A DNA stretch of 64,000 nt from Amoeboaphelidium protococcarum X5. Its lineage: Eukaryota > Fungi > Aphelidiomycota. Below, piece after piece: positions 40,541 through 53,863 of this stretch. The translations under genes and the position numbers were made by a program. Each line of letters starts with the position of its first letter. The first letter of the stretch is position 1. The stretch covers positions 1 through 64,000 of the forward strand of contig JALDTO010000214.1 in assembly GCA_023515725.1 (NCBI GenBank), given 5' to 3'. Under the pieces are notes generated by a model, which saw only the letters and a program-made list of their open reading frames with translations, had not been told where the DNA came from and did not search any database.

Positions 40541-43297
40541 TCATTTTTAACTCCCAGACACCTTCAAGCCCTTGACGGCAGATGGCAATGAAACGGGCTT
40601 GATCTCTGCTGCCTTACTACCACTAGATTTAGCCAGAGCACCAAGTACAGACTTGACGTCTTTACCCCCTTTGATGTCTGCAGATGGTTCAACAGGACTA
40701 TTGACAGATGGACTCTTCATGCCGCCACCCTTCTTATACAATACCTTCCTAAATTTGATCATGGCCACGGCAACATTGGCAGTAGTCTTGAACGCTCTCA
40801 AACTGGCAGCTTCGGAGGCCTTGAGCATGGACTTAACGGCCGCCATCAAGTTTTAGGAGCAGAGAATCAACTACTTCTCACTGTCAATGTCTTTCGGTTC
40901 TGCAATCTTGACTGCTGCCACAATCTTCAACTGGACAGACAAAGTTTGCATTCTCTCCATAGCCTGGTTCAACTAAAGTTTCAGCGACTTGTCAGTACAG
41001 TTATCCTTTACATTCTTTCCATGCTATAGCAATTGCTAAATATCAACCTGCATATTTTGCACAGTTTTCATCATATCTGCTTTAGATTGAGGTGTATTCT
41101 GTTTGTACAGAGCTGACATTGCCTCCATCTTAAGAGCCAATTGCTGCATCAGCTCAACAACAGGATTGTTAGATGCAGAGTATTGCGATGCTTACACTTT
41201 CAGATCCTGTGCAGCCGCCTTGATAGGATTCAACTTGGCTTCTTCTTCTGATAATATTTCAGGCGCTGGGCTATTCACAATTTCAACTTCCTCGCCGTTT
41301 TGTATAACAATCTTAGGACCGTCATCAACATCAACCTGAGAGGAGTCGACCTCCTGCTCTACTGCCACGACAGGTGTAATAGGTTCAGGGATAGAGTAAT
41401 TTTACTACTTGCCAGTCTGATTATCAGACTGTTGGCCTAATCTGAGCTTCTGTAAATCGCTATTAAAATCCTTATACGTTTGCTACTGAGACATGAATGC
41501 TTTTCTTGCACTAGCATCAGAGGGATTCTACTCCAGCTTATCTTTCAACGATTGCGCATTATTCAAAGCTCCCTCCAACTTTTATAAACGCTGCTGCAAC
41601 TCCTGCTTGTACTTTGGATCGCTAGTGTTCTCAATTTAAAACTTCAAATAATCCACCATTCTTTTCATGGACGCGACAATATTGCTAGCCGCAGCCAGCA
41701 GAGCCTTATCGTCATTTTGAGCTACGGCAGTCTGGATCTTATCAAACTAGGCATCGATATAGTCCTGATTAGACTAAACCAGAACATCAAACGGAAACAG
41801 TGAGCCATTGTTAATAACATTCTTCTCCAATCTTTACACGTCATCTTCAAACTATTTTACCACTCCATTAAAATGCTCACCTAGTTGCTTATCATTCGGA
41901 AGACTAGCAGAAGCCAGGCCACTAACCTCCACCAAACGAGCCATTTACTTTACATTCTTTTGAGCATTTCTGATGTTGTTAAACGTCTCAGCATCAGGGC
42001 TCAGCAGAGCAGCTTCATCAAGAATGGACACCAAACGCTAAACTTCCGTGTTCAACTTGACTTTTTCATCCGCTGCTTACTCGGCCCCTCCCTCCTTAAC
42101 ACTATCATAGAACTCACCAATCCTGGCCTGTTTAACCTGGTGATCCTTCAGCTAATTAACAGAGTCTTGTAAATCAGCAGCCACCGTCTAATCAGACAAT
42201 TTAGCAATTTCCTGCAATTCTGCATCAGCTTATTGCAATGTTTTATAAAGAGACTCCTAATTCTCAACATTGCTAGGATCAGATGCAACCATATTACTCA
42301 ACAAAGATATCTCCTGCTATTACTCTTTGAACTAGCTTGCTAAGGATTTCAAGACAGGACCTGCAGGTTGGCGAGTAGACTCTGCTAAATTGGTAACATT
42401 TTCAGTGAGTCCATCACCAGTAAAATTGAAAGCCTCTAGAATTTACTGCAATTCATCAACCTTTCCCTCCTATGCAAACTACATAATCTCGCCCAACTGT
42501 TTACGTATATCGCCTCTACTATTCACCAGTTGACCAATAACATCAGAATACGATGGCTCGACCCAGTCCCTGATCTAAACAACTTTCGAAATCTCTTCAA
42601 CCAGCTCAGAGATATAACTCAAGCAGACTGAGCGAGATTGAATAATGGACTAATTCTTTGAATTCTATGCCACCGCCTTACTAGATGAGACTACGAGATT
42701 AGAGGTCTTGGTGATATTCTAGATAGCATCACGTAGACGAGTCTACAGCGCTGGGAAGAGAAGTTCGTCGACACGCCTAGTTGCCAAAGCAGTGAGATCA
42801 ACCAACTATTAGCATGCGGGTTTAATGATTGCAATAATCTACTACACCTCAAATGTCTAATCCAGCTTTGATAACACAGTCTTGGTGGATGCACACAAAT
42901 TTACAATCTTGCGAACTTCACCATCATCATATGCATCCAGCAGATGAGTGGTTCCCTGTAAGATACCTTTCGCGGCGTCCACCAACATTGCACGTCCCTT
43001 CTTACTGAAAGAGTCAAACTTTATCTCGCTGGCAGCCTCTAACAGTATCTAAACTGAAATCTCAATTTCATGACATGCGGGTGGCATCTCCTTCTTCATA
43101 AGATCATCTGCATTCTGATTCAACATATCCATACCAACCTTTACCAAATTCCTAGCCTGCTCATCCACCACCTGCGCAACATCAGATAAATCTGGCAATC
43201 CAGCACCAATTGCATCAGCCTCGGCATTCAAAACAATCAGAGCAGCAATAGCCTCAGCGACAGGCTACAATATCTACTTAGTTGTCGCAGTATACAT
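40541..43297 (-). CDS. VCL: Vinculin, 918 aa
   Basis: N-terminus TKQILQPVAEAIAALIVL..LPDLSDVAQVVDEQARNLVKVG, LVDAAKGILQGT..LDAYDDGEVRKIV, and tail CTDKSLK..QLKIVAAVK..QNLMAAVK. Confidence 0.9.
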
Positions 43298-43395
43298 TTC
43301 AAAATAAACTCAGAGTATTTATTGACAAAGAGCCTGAAATAATTAAGTTCAAACTTCAAGAATTGTATTAAATAGAACTGAAACAATAGTCTTTC

Positions 43396-43440
43396 AGAGA
43401 GAGAGAGAGAGAGGGAGAGAGAGGGAGAGATAGGGAGAGA
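43396..43440. repeat. (GA)n tract upstream of vinculin; similar GA/CT tracts at about 11854, 37168, 37324 and 50645
   Basis: Read directly. Each lies just upstream of a start codon, reading CT-rich on the sense strand of the nearby gene. Confidence 0.7.
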
Positions 43441-43776
43441 GCGGAAAGGGATGAAGAATATTCTCCTTACCGTCAGTCAGTCAGTCAGCCAATACAAACA
43501 CAGCTGAGAGACGATCGAGGTGTCTGAAACGACAAACAACCAAGGATCAACATTTGCCTGTTTCACTAAGCAGATTTAGTAATAACTGAGATGTAGTATA
43601 CTAAATCACCTCAACTAAGCTAAAATTTCATTATTATTCTTAATGGAATTATCCCTAGAAGTTGGTTTAGATTCTCTTCGTGATAGAGAAGTGTTGACTC
43701 TCTTTTCTTTCCACCACCATTGAACTCAACCGCTGCAGTTGGGATTCGTTGAAGAGCGTAAATTCTCTGGTTAAAA

Positions 43777-44266
43777 ATGAAGACCGTGTCAAATGATCAG
43801 GTAATATTTTATTACATTATGGAATTTGTAATAGTTATGTGATTAAAGTAGTTTTTGCTAGAATTATCAAATATTTTAGAAAAGAAGGCGGACAGCAAGT
43901 CGTTGTACATCACTTGCAAACGCGGTATGATCTCAATCGCTACATTTATCCACCATTGAATCTTCACTACACCACCGAAATTAACGATATGTAGGTATGG
44001 ACTTTAAAGAGAAGAGGAAGATTCTGAAAGGTAAGGCGGACACAACGACTGACAACAGTAAGAACTACTCGTCTTACTTCAGATTAAAGTCAAAGTCATT
44101 GAAGATTGGCACCTCGGTTTCGTCTAGGAACGCGGTCAAGTTCGCGCGCTCCTACAAAGATCTAATTGCATTGCACATGGACACTCTAGCTGAAAGGAAA
44201 GCTAAGAAGGGAAGAAAGAGCTCCAAGTCTCAACCAGATGATAAACAGGCTACTGTATAATCATGA
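43777..44266 (+). CDS. SRP14: SRP14 (SRP Alu-domain subunit); exons 43777-43800, 43852-43924 and 43995-44266; 122 aa
   Basis: VSNDQFLLELSNIL..SLYITCKR..KIGTSVSS..KFARSY..HMDTL..KAKK. Two GT-AG introns keep the frame. Confidence 0.82.
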
Positions 44267-44479
44267 GATACCTATCAATTACATTTACTTATACATGCAG
44301 TTAGATTTAGTTGACTTTTGATGTAACTTTTCCAGGGGTGACCGATTGTATGAAGAGATCTCCTTATGACAGCATTAGACTTTCCTCATATTTATAGTGA
44401 ATATCCCACTATTTTAGCTAAAATATATCCTTTACCGCATTCCATTCAATTTATCTGACTGTTATCAATTTATTTAGAT

Positions 44480-47400
44480 ATGAAATAGGCTAGGAATTTA
44501 ATGAGACACACCAGCACACCACCACTTACATCATAATCATAGGAGAATCTGGTACCTGTGGTTGATAATCTGCATGATGCTGCCGTATTTTCTGGGATGC
44601 GAAATAATATGAGGACTCCTAATCCTGAGGAGGGCAGGGAATTAGAGTAGCCAAATGGGAGAGGATTCATACCTGGATGCAGTTACGCAATACGAAGGCT
44701 GTTGGTGTGGCTGAGTCACGGAAAGTTTGAAGACAATTATCCAACCTCCTAAAGTGGTGGTGGCGGTGGCTCTCGATCTGAACAGGTGAAGGTGCAATAG
44801 ATTTAGAAATTGCGCGAAGAGTATCGCAGCAGAAGAGTTGTGAGAGTGAGAGGTGCAGAAGGTCTGCTTGGCTACGCAACTATTCGCAGATTTAAACGCT
44901 TCTTGGATGACATTCATTCTCTCTATGCAATTCTGCTTGCGTAAATCCTGTTTGACACGATGATTTGTCTTATATACTTGATAAGTATGGAGAATTCTGG
45001 CCCGTGGCCCGATAATTCGCGCAAGTTTTGGTTTATATCACGTACTACTTAATCATACTATGCCCTGCTGTTGTTTGCATACATCCAAGTGCTCTTATCA
45101 TGTATCCGAATCGTTACAAAGCCTAAATCTTTATTCAGATTAGGCACGTTGATAGATTTGATTACTATTGTTCCATTCATTGCCACTCCCTTTATAAAAG
45201 ATGGTGAACATATTTGGGTGCCGTATTTCCTGCGTATTTGGAATTTGTAAGCCGCTGTGAACGCCTTACTGCTACTTCAACTCAGGGGATCGACTGTTCT
45301 TAATCAAATGATGAGCTAGATTATTGTTTTTGTTTTGAGGACTGCAGCTTTTGTGTTTACGTGGATGTGTGGATTTTAGTTTTTTGAGATGCAGTTTGGT
45401 GGTCCTCACTATGGCATAGTTGACTCTCTGTACTTTGTGATTATCAGCTCTGCTACGGTCGGTTATGGAGATATCACTCCGGAGACGATGCTGGGTCGTC
45501 TTCTCTGTGTCATTATGATTATTCTTGCCATTGTATTCTTCCCTTCACTTATCAGTGGTATTGTGGAGACTTATAAAAGTTAAAAGGAGGGTCATAAAAC
45601 GTTTGTTGGTGGATCATCTCCGTTTGTAATTGTGTGTCTATCCTTTACTTAGAATTAGTTTGTGCGCGAGATTCTCACTTAAGCTCTGACCCTTCTGAGT
45701 GAGAAGAAGCACTTTAGGCATAGTCGAAGTTAGCACGCTGATAAGTTGGGTGCCTTCTAGTCTCGCTTTAAGACTGTCAATAGTATATTGGAGACTACTA
45801 GTTACCAGATTGTAATACTAAGTCCTCATAAGCCGACTCATGACATTAAATAATTGCTAAACTCTCTATAATACAGACATCGCATAGCATTTATATAAGG
45901 ATCTGCATTGGAAGAGAATGATCTTCGGCGCTGTAGTCTACGTCAGGCAGCTGCGTGCTTTGTCATTGCAGATCGCAGCAAAGGAATTCACTTATCGGAT
46001 GGTATTGAGGAGGATCGTCGTAATGTTCTACGCGTGTGGTCCATTAGGAAGTTTAGCAGCATGACGCCTGTTTACGCGTTTAACATCAGACCGGAGACAG
46101 ATTTACACGTAAGACCTCTTGTTAAACAGGTAGTTTGCGTCAATAGTATCAAGTAAATGATTTTAGGCATCTCTTGCATTCATAAAGGTGCCAGTGCTCT
46201 GATAACAAACCTTATTCACTCTGCTCCTCGTCTGAAGAAATACAACTAGAACTGGCAAGTGTAGTATGGCGACGGATTATCTAATGTAATAAGACTTAGT
46301 CCTTTTAACAGGCTGTTTTGCGGCAAGCGCTATAGTGATGTCTGCTGGTTTCTGTATGCAGAATTCCAAGTAATTCTAATCGGTGTAAAGTTTCGTATTC
46401 CGGCGTAAATCAATGCTTTCTAAGCCAATATAAAAACGCCTAATAATTAGTCTACTGTTTATACCTACTGCGAGCATTTAGTCCTTAATCCTGGACCTGA
46501 TTTCATCTTTCCGGATAATGACCTGGTAGAGAAGATAATCTCTGTTAGCTCTTGTATAGAAGATTTGGCTGATATCGAGCGGCTTGATAAAGAATAATTT
46601 TAGTCAACATGGTAGAAATGGTTTAATGTTTAAGACGATTTGGATTAATCGTTTCCCTCACATTCTCAGCGTTAGCATCATCAGTCTGACAGCTGCTAAT
46701 GTGGCATGTTTGGTTAAAGTGGTGGACTCGACCCGGTTGTTGATGATGCTGGTAATCTCACCGAAAGTATCTTTCTTAATCGTAGATCTTCGTCCAAATT
46801 GCATTAAGAGTCGTCGTCATCATAATCTACGGCTAATAGGTTTTTATCGGCCTCATCTCCTGAGAAATTTTTGTCTCGTCTTCCAGCATTGAGATACGGT
46901 ACTGATTCTTTGCCTACTCTATCGCCAGGTGGTTCTAAGTCTGTTGATGTTGATGCCGATTTGGAGGATCAATTCTCAGATGTTGAATAGTCTGCAAATA
47001 TATATGTTGGTCATCCGCGTCCACCACATCATATGGTGATTGATAACGATCTGCAATCTCCGTTCTGTTATATGGTCAAGTAGATTCCATCTATTGAATA
47101 AAGTAGACTGGCTGATGCGTCTATAGATCAAGATTTTAAAATCGATGCTGATGTGTAACATGGACGAGGACATAAAGCAGGACCTTCTGGAAATTACAAC
47201 AAACTGAAAGGTCATGTTATATTATGCGCCAATAACTTTGAAGTTTGGACATTTATGTGCACAGTGAGGGCATCTTTTCTGGATAAGAGCTAGTTGACTC
47301 CAATTCTGATCCTGTGTCCACAATTACCGTCTGAGGATGAATGGAGATCTATAGCGGTATTTCCTCATGTATACTTCATGTTAGGATCATCTCTGAAGCG

Positions 47401-48601
47401 CAATGATCTAATTAAAGCTGGTCTATTTGATTGCAGCTGTGTCATTGTTCTGCAGTAACCTTTGGAGCAAAGTAAAATTGACGGCGGCGATGATGAACGT
47501 TTTGTGGACAGTGCTGCAGTTATGACTGCTCATCAAATCGATTTCATGACCAAGGATAAGTATGTTATCACGGAGCTTGTCACTAGGAATAATATTAAAT
47601 TTATGCGAGTTAAGCATGAAATGCTGGAATGTCTGCCCAAGCTCACGTCTATAATATCGCCAGAAATGAATCCTATTGACATCACGCACACTATGCGAAA
47701 GTTCACCTTTAGGAGAACTGTGCCTGAGGGAGCTTTAAAGTCTAATCCAAGCGAATGGGAGAATGATGATGAAAACTTTGCATAAAAGGCTGGAAATTTT
47801 TCTCAATCTAGTTAGTTTAATGCACGGACTGCTGAGAGTATGGATGAATTGCATGTCAACACTGAAGACCCTGGATATTACGCACACTCTGCCGTATATG
47901 CATCTGGTCGAGTACTCACCGGTGATATGTACGATGGTTTGATATTTGAGGCTTTCAGAACTCCGGCTATTACAGATGTTATCAAGTTGTTATGTGGCCG
48001 CCGGTATCAGAGATGGCGAGATTTGAGTAGCCATTTGAGCGTTGTAGGATCTGTCCTTAAAAGTGTGCGTGTACCGCCCCGTCTAGTAGGAATGTCATTT
48101 GCTCAAGTATTTCGCCATCTCTCCCTGGAGCATTAATACGTCGTTCTGGGTATTTATCGCAATAGAACTAGAGCTGACGTGGAATAGTAGTTTTCTGAAT
48201 TGGACCAGTAGTTACATGGATCCCCGTTTAAGTATTAGGATATAAAAGATTAATCTTCCACTATTCACTAGCAATAATCTACTTCATAACGACTTTAGAA
48301 TTTGCCAGTGCATAGAACTAGAACTAATGTCAGTACATGGTCTCCTCAACGGTAGCACTTGTATCAGATCGACTCTAATTACACTATGAATTTAGGGGAT
48401 ATGGACGCCCTTGAGATGTAAAATATTACCCATAGATCATATCAAGAAAGTGCACAAAAGACATAGAGAATCCAAAAGCTTCTGTTGGATATGAATCACA
48501 TTGATAACGATTTGCCGTACTTGATCACAAACCCTCTTCCTGATCTCATTATTGATTCTATGGATGACCTCTTCCTCTTGGTGCCTGAAAGTACTCATTG
48601 A
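44480..48601 (+). CDS. Slo/BK-type potassium channel with tandem RCK domains, 1373 aa
   Basis: TM region with pore SATVGYGDITP. RCK1 QGSALEENDLRRCSL..ACFVIADR; RCK2 GSSLKRNDLIKAG, VITELV and YASGRV. Confidence 0.9.
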
Positions 48602-48668
48602 TGATGAGTTGTAAGTTAATGAATATATACAAGTAATCTATTTGATTAAAAGCTATCTCACGTTGAAT

Positions 48669-50054
48669 TCATACTCGTTTGCTCTTTGCTATTGTTGCCG
48701 CAGAACTAATAGACTACTTACTGGTCTTGCTTACAACAAATCTGCGCCAACTATCAACTATTGACGCAGTAGATGCACATATTAGAACAAAACAGTTGCA
48801 GCAGAGCAATATTGCAGAAGAGATCGGAGTCGCTGGATAGACATTCCAACAGTACTCGATAGTGAATATGACAGTCACGCCATAAGACCATGCTACAAGA
48901 TGATTAACGGTAAACTGAGGCTAATTAGCATCAGAATCTGTTGATTTCGATAACAAGACGTGTATAGAGTAAGCAACTAAAAATGGAAGAGACCAGAAGT
49001 ACCATGAATAAAACTAGTAATGCAAAGACCGACTAAAACAGATACCGACCAGATTGGATAAGGCGAGCATGGTAACGATATTCAACGCGTCAATATTAGC
49101 CATTTGAACACTACCACCGTGCCGAAGAGCATCCACAAATCTGAAAATAAATTTCACCATACCCACCTGCTATGTCCAAGCAAAATGACCTAACAAACAC
49201 CATAAACTTACGCAGCCAGAGACTAACAATAAATGAAAATTGGATGAGTAAAATACGTCTGGATGTACAAACTTCCAATTCACAGTCCACTTGTAATCAA
49301 AAACACGCCCCAAATTAAAAGAGCTTCTAAAATAATTCACAGCATGATTGTAATTGGTCAAGAATGGCACAGCAAGAATTAGTTGAACAGCAGCAATAAT
49401 CAGCAAATGCTTGATTAATGATCGAGGAGACAAATTCAAAGCGACTACCACCATGAACGCAGGAAGAAATAATACAATGTTCATCTTTACAGATAGAGCT
49501 ACTGATAACAAAATACTTGATACTGTGTATTTTCTATTTAAAAGTGCCAAAACGCAAAGATACATGAACAACATGGCGACAGGGTCATTGAACATACGCA
49601 GCATAAAGATTGAGTGCATTCTCTTACTTACGGAAAGCAGTGGGAGCATGATAGGCGGAACTACTTTAATATGCCAGCTGATACGGTAAACTAACGCCAG
49701 AGATACCACGTATAGACATGCAAAGATATACTGAGCCAATCTAATATTCTAACCAGCATCAGTGAGTTGAAACAATACAGAGTAGATATACACGAACCCA
49801 GCAGGATACACCAACGGTCCAGTATCACCTTTCATTAGAGAGTAATCTCTACAGCCATCAAGATATTGCCCAACTTCTTACATATAAGCTTTCCAGTCAA
49901 TCTCAGTGTAAGGCACGTTACTAATGATGATCAGCGAAGACGCACTCTCCAGCATTAGGAGCAGCAATGGAAGTATGAACGAATAGTTGTAACTCCAATC
50001 GAAACACAGCGAGTTTGCGATATTCACGTATCGCTTGTAATCTACAGCCACCAT
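48669..50054 (-). CDS. ALG3: Dol-P-Man:Man5GlcNAc2-PP-Dol alpha-1,3-mannosyltransferase, 461 aa
   Basis: [47 protein letters not shown] and SRSLHYQFYSWYF. Confidence 0.96.
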
Positions 50055-50373
50055 AATCAATACAGTTTATAGGGTATGTACCACAGAGGGGACGTAAGAT
50101 TTGTGTGAGTATGTGTGAATAGGTGACAGGCAGGCTTGAGCGCTGCATAACTAAACCCAAAAAAGCTGAAACGATCAAAGAGGCGTCGGCTGCCGTGTGC
50201 CGAGTGTGATGACTGAAACGGAAAGTCTAAAAATTTCTGATGCAATCATTATCAGTAATGGATAAAAGTGATGAATGTCAAGCAATATCAAATCATTTAT
50301 TCAAATCACAACTTCAACATTTCCAACGTGGCCAACTCAAACCAATCCTCATTCAAAGCAAGACGCAACCGAG

Positions 50374-50566
50374 TCATTGAGCCTGAGGACGAGGACATTT
50401 GCAAATTTCTTCATCCTTCAAACCGGCCAGAGCTGAATCAATATGCTTTCCGCATCCTACAGGAACATACAAAAGATGATACGAGTTGATAATCAAACGA
50501 ATAGAGTCATCACTTACCTGCCCAGGTGTATTTGTGGCACTTATCACAAGTAACTCTTCTGCACAT
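50374..50566 (-). CDS. 43-aa Cys/His-rich microprotein MCRRVTCDKCHKYTWAGCGKHIDSALAGLKDEEICKCPRPQAQ; exons 50518-50566 and 50374-50456
   Basis: Canonical intron CAG/GTAAGT...TGTAG at 50457-50517. Splicing rebuilds a TWAGCGxH motif across the junction. Exons total 132 nt from ATG to TGA. Confidence 0.85.
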
Positions 50567-50960
50567 ACTTAACTAAATTCTTATGGAGGTGAATTAAAAC
50601 AAAACGCCTTTGATTGTTATTACAATGAGTACTTGAAGAAGAAAAGAGAGAGAAGAAAGAGCGAGCGCGATTTCCTCTTTTATGCAGCGCCGGTGTGGGA
50701 ATGCTTATGCAAGCTATGTGCAAGCTGATTGGTCGTCAACCACGTAGCTTGGCGGACACTTCCCAAAAATCTAATACTACTACAATCAATAATACGATAT
50801 CATCGTCTGATACAATATCCTAAATGTCGCGATGTATTTTATTAACCAAGTATCGCTTGAGACTAAGGACTTGACATATCCTTTCTCCCGCTCATCTCTT
50901 CTTGATTGGCAACCGTTTTATATTCACTTTACGCTGTGAAAGTGATCATCAATCGTGATA

Positions 50961-53168
50961 ATGTCTAGATGCTTCATTGCTACATTTATCGCCACTATTC
51001 TACTACTACTATCACAAAATATTTAGGCTGAAGATTAATCATGTAATCTATCTGCAAAGCCATCTGATATCTCGGAATGTGATTATGTAATTGACCAGTG
51101 TTCATCAGATGGAGCAATCGATTATCTGTAACTCTATTTCTGTCAGTCGAGGTGGAACATTTTAACTATTCTTCTCTGTCTTGGTATGCTATTTATTACG
51201 ATATCTGTCTGTGCATCCTACTTCATGACCGCCTCCATCTAATCGATCCAGCAGCTGAGCCGCCATCTACCTCATGTGGTCAATCGTAATGGAAAGGGGA
51301 TCAGTGACGCGGTGATGGGCGTGACTTTCCTCGCTTTTGGTAATGGCGTTGCAGATGTTATTGGTTCATTCATTGGTATAAATAGCGATGCAAGTACACT
51401 CGTTCTAGGAGAATTGATGGGCGCCGGACTGTTTATCAACACTGTCGTTGTCGGACTGATTGTTCTCTTGCATGGACCATCGATTAAGTTGCAGCAGAAG
51501 GCATATCTCAGAGATCTTATATTCTTCATTTTTGCTGTGATATTTGTTCTTGTGGTTATTGCTGACAAGAGGATTACTTTGATTGAAGCGATATGTCTCA
51601 CTTGTTATTATGCTTTTTACGTGATCGTTGTAACTGCTGGTCCGCAGATTTGGAAGTTTGTGTAATCGCTGCTCGGCTATGGCTAGCAGAGAGGACTTGT
51701 AGAGTTGACTTAAAACATTCATGATGATAATAGACTTATTGAAGAGGCGGGAAAATTATTTTATCGCGGCGATGATGATGATCAAGATGATTAAGTAATT
51801 GGAGCATTAAATGGCCAAGATGCTATGAATAATGGAGGCAGAGATTTGATAATCCATGATAAATATTTTTACAAGTTTGGAGCGTATGGTAAAGCTATTG
51901 GAACGTATAGATTGAGACCAGCATTATCTCAGTATCGCTCATTGTCCAATGATGGTGACGATTTGATTGAAGATTTCCAGCAGCAGAAAGATGGTAATTT
52001 TTAAAAGCAGGGTAATAGTCTATTGGTTGAGTTTGATCAGCTGTATGACGCTGATAACACTCGCCATTAAGTCGATGTATCTGATGATAAGACTGATCGT
52101 CGTCATACTTCTTTTCTACCTGCGGAAAGCTCATCTTCACAATAATAGGATGATACAAGGACTATTGATTCTAAATTTTCAGAGCGATTGTTATTATCGA
52201 ATTCACGTGATTATAACGCTCAAAGCCGTTAAGATTATGATCAAGCTTTAAATTCTAGAACTTTTTCTGGTTTTGGTAGATTTTTATGGATGAAGCTCTT
52301 CCCATAGAATTAGAAATATGGCTATTCCCCTCCTGTGGAACGTGTTCTAGATGTATTCCTTCCTGTAAGGTACGAATGGGCTGAGTTATCCATAGCTGGT
52401 AAATTTGTGTCAGTCTTAGCAGTTGTGCCACTTATTATGCTCACTCTTTGTATTCCATAACCTCTACCATCTCTAGATGACTCCAGCTCTGATGATTATG
52501 GTGGCTCTGAAATGTATTTTATATGGGATCGATGGTTGCTCTTAATCTAAATAGTATGCGCACCATTGTTTTTGTTCTATACTATAGGCGTGACTCTATT
52601 TGCAGCGATACCTATCGTAGTGGTTTGTTTTATATCGATTGTTGGGTGGACTGACCCCTACAAGATACCACTGTCAGTCATTGTACATACAATGGTGACG
52701 TTTTCTTGTTTCTTCTCTTCAATAATATGGATTTATTAGATCGCCAATGAGCTTATGGCTCTTCTCCTGGCTCTCGGTGTCATTGTGAATATAAGTCAAG
52801 GGATGATTGGTCTGACCATTTACGCCATTGGGAACAGTATTGCAGACTTTGTCGCGAACTTGTCTGTGGCGCGTCAAGGCTATGCAAGTATGGCGATCGG
52901 TGCTTGTATTGGAGGCCCGTTGTTTAATATTCTTCTTGGTGTTGGTGTCTCCTCACTGTATTACAACATCAGTCATAGTTGGTATGAGATTTAGATTAAC
53001 AATACGCTGATTGTTTCCTCATGTGCCCTCTTACTGTCTCTGATGATCTCAGTAGTGGCTGCGCTCTCAAGCAGTTCATAGAAATGGAGAAGGTATGGAT
53101 TAACTTTGATTTTCATTTACGCTACATCCATGCTCATAAATATTGTACTAGAAATTATTAAGCATTGA
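50961..53168 (+). CDS. Cation/Ca2+ exchanger (CCX/NCLX, YDL206W-like), 735 aa
   Basis: Alpha-1 repeat GVTFLAFGNGVADV and alpha-2 repeat GLTIYAIGNSIADFVAN..GGPLFNILLGVG; signal peptide with a Cys-rich start. Confidence 0.9.
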
Positions 53169-53466
53169 ATAGAACTCATTTAATCATATTCCAGATTGGA
53201 CGTTTTCCACCCTTGTAATCTTATTTCTTCTATCAGAGAAATCGAAATACAGCAACATTAGAACCGCCATTGTAAAATCTCGCCACGTAGAACAGTAAAG
53301 TATCATTCGGTTTTAATCAGACACATGACATGATCATTAAAACTTTATACCTCACAGACGATTTGAAGATGGAACAACAAAGCCCCAAGTCATAGCTAAT
53401 ATAATGCTTGGACAAGCCGAATTTTCGTGTGTACCAAACCTTCCTTGGAAGGATAGCTATATACTA

Positions 53467-53538
53467 GGAGGGATAGCTCAGTGGCAGAGCGTAGGATTGC
53501 AAATCCCGAGGTCGCGGGTTCAACTCCCGCTCCTTCCT
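53467..53538 (+). tRNA. tRNA-Cys(GCA), intronless
   Basis: Acceptor GGAGGGA/TCCTTCC, D arm GCTC/GAGC, anticodon loop TTGCAAA, T arm GCGGG-TTCAACT-CCCGC, U73 discriminator, downstream T-run. Confidence 0.9.
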
Positions 53539-53863
53539 TTAGTTTTTGACATTTAGTATTAAAGATTGCCCCTTTTTGGTAATGGTATGAGATTTTTTGG
53601 GTCTACAGACTATGTCTCGCATTTTGATCATACTCTTCGGAACCTCGTTCTGACCTGGTACACACTTTCCTTCATTTATGATTAAGACATGGACCATGAA
53701 ATGGTTATATTTAACATTTGCCAGCATTGTACTGATATACTTCTCTAGTCCATTCTATCATTGTGATCTCATCACAGATTACCGGGTCTCTTGCCTTAAA
53801 ATTCCTCTTCTCCTCAATCTTCTATTTTCTCCGACAATTCCAAAAATCAAGAAACGGTCAAAG

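Noticed and set aside
50268-50489. Plus-strand 73-aa track ORF
   Set aside because: Antisense to the spliced microprotein gene and without recognisable motifs.
50511-50530. ACTTACCTG as a U1 snRNA 5' end
   Set aside because: It is the reverse complement of the microprotein's splice donor CAG/GTAAGT, and no U1 stem-loops follow.
53467-53538. A TAR-decoding tRNA-Gln
   Set aside because: The anticodon is GCA with U73, so it is tRNA-Cys.
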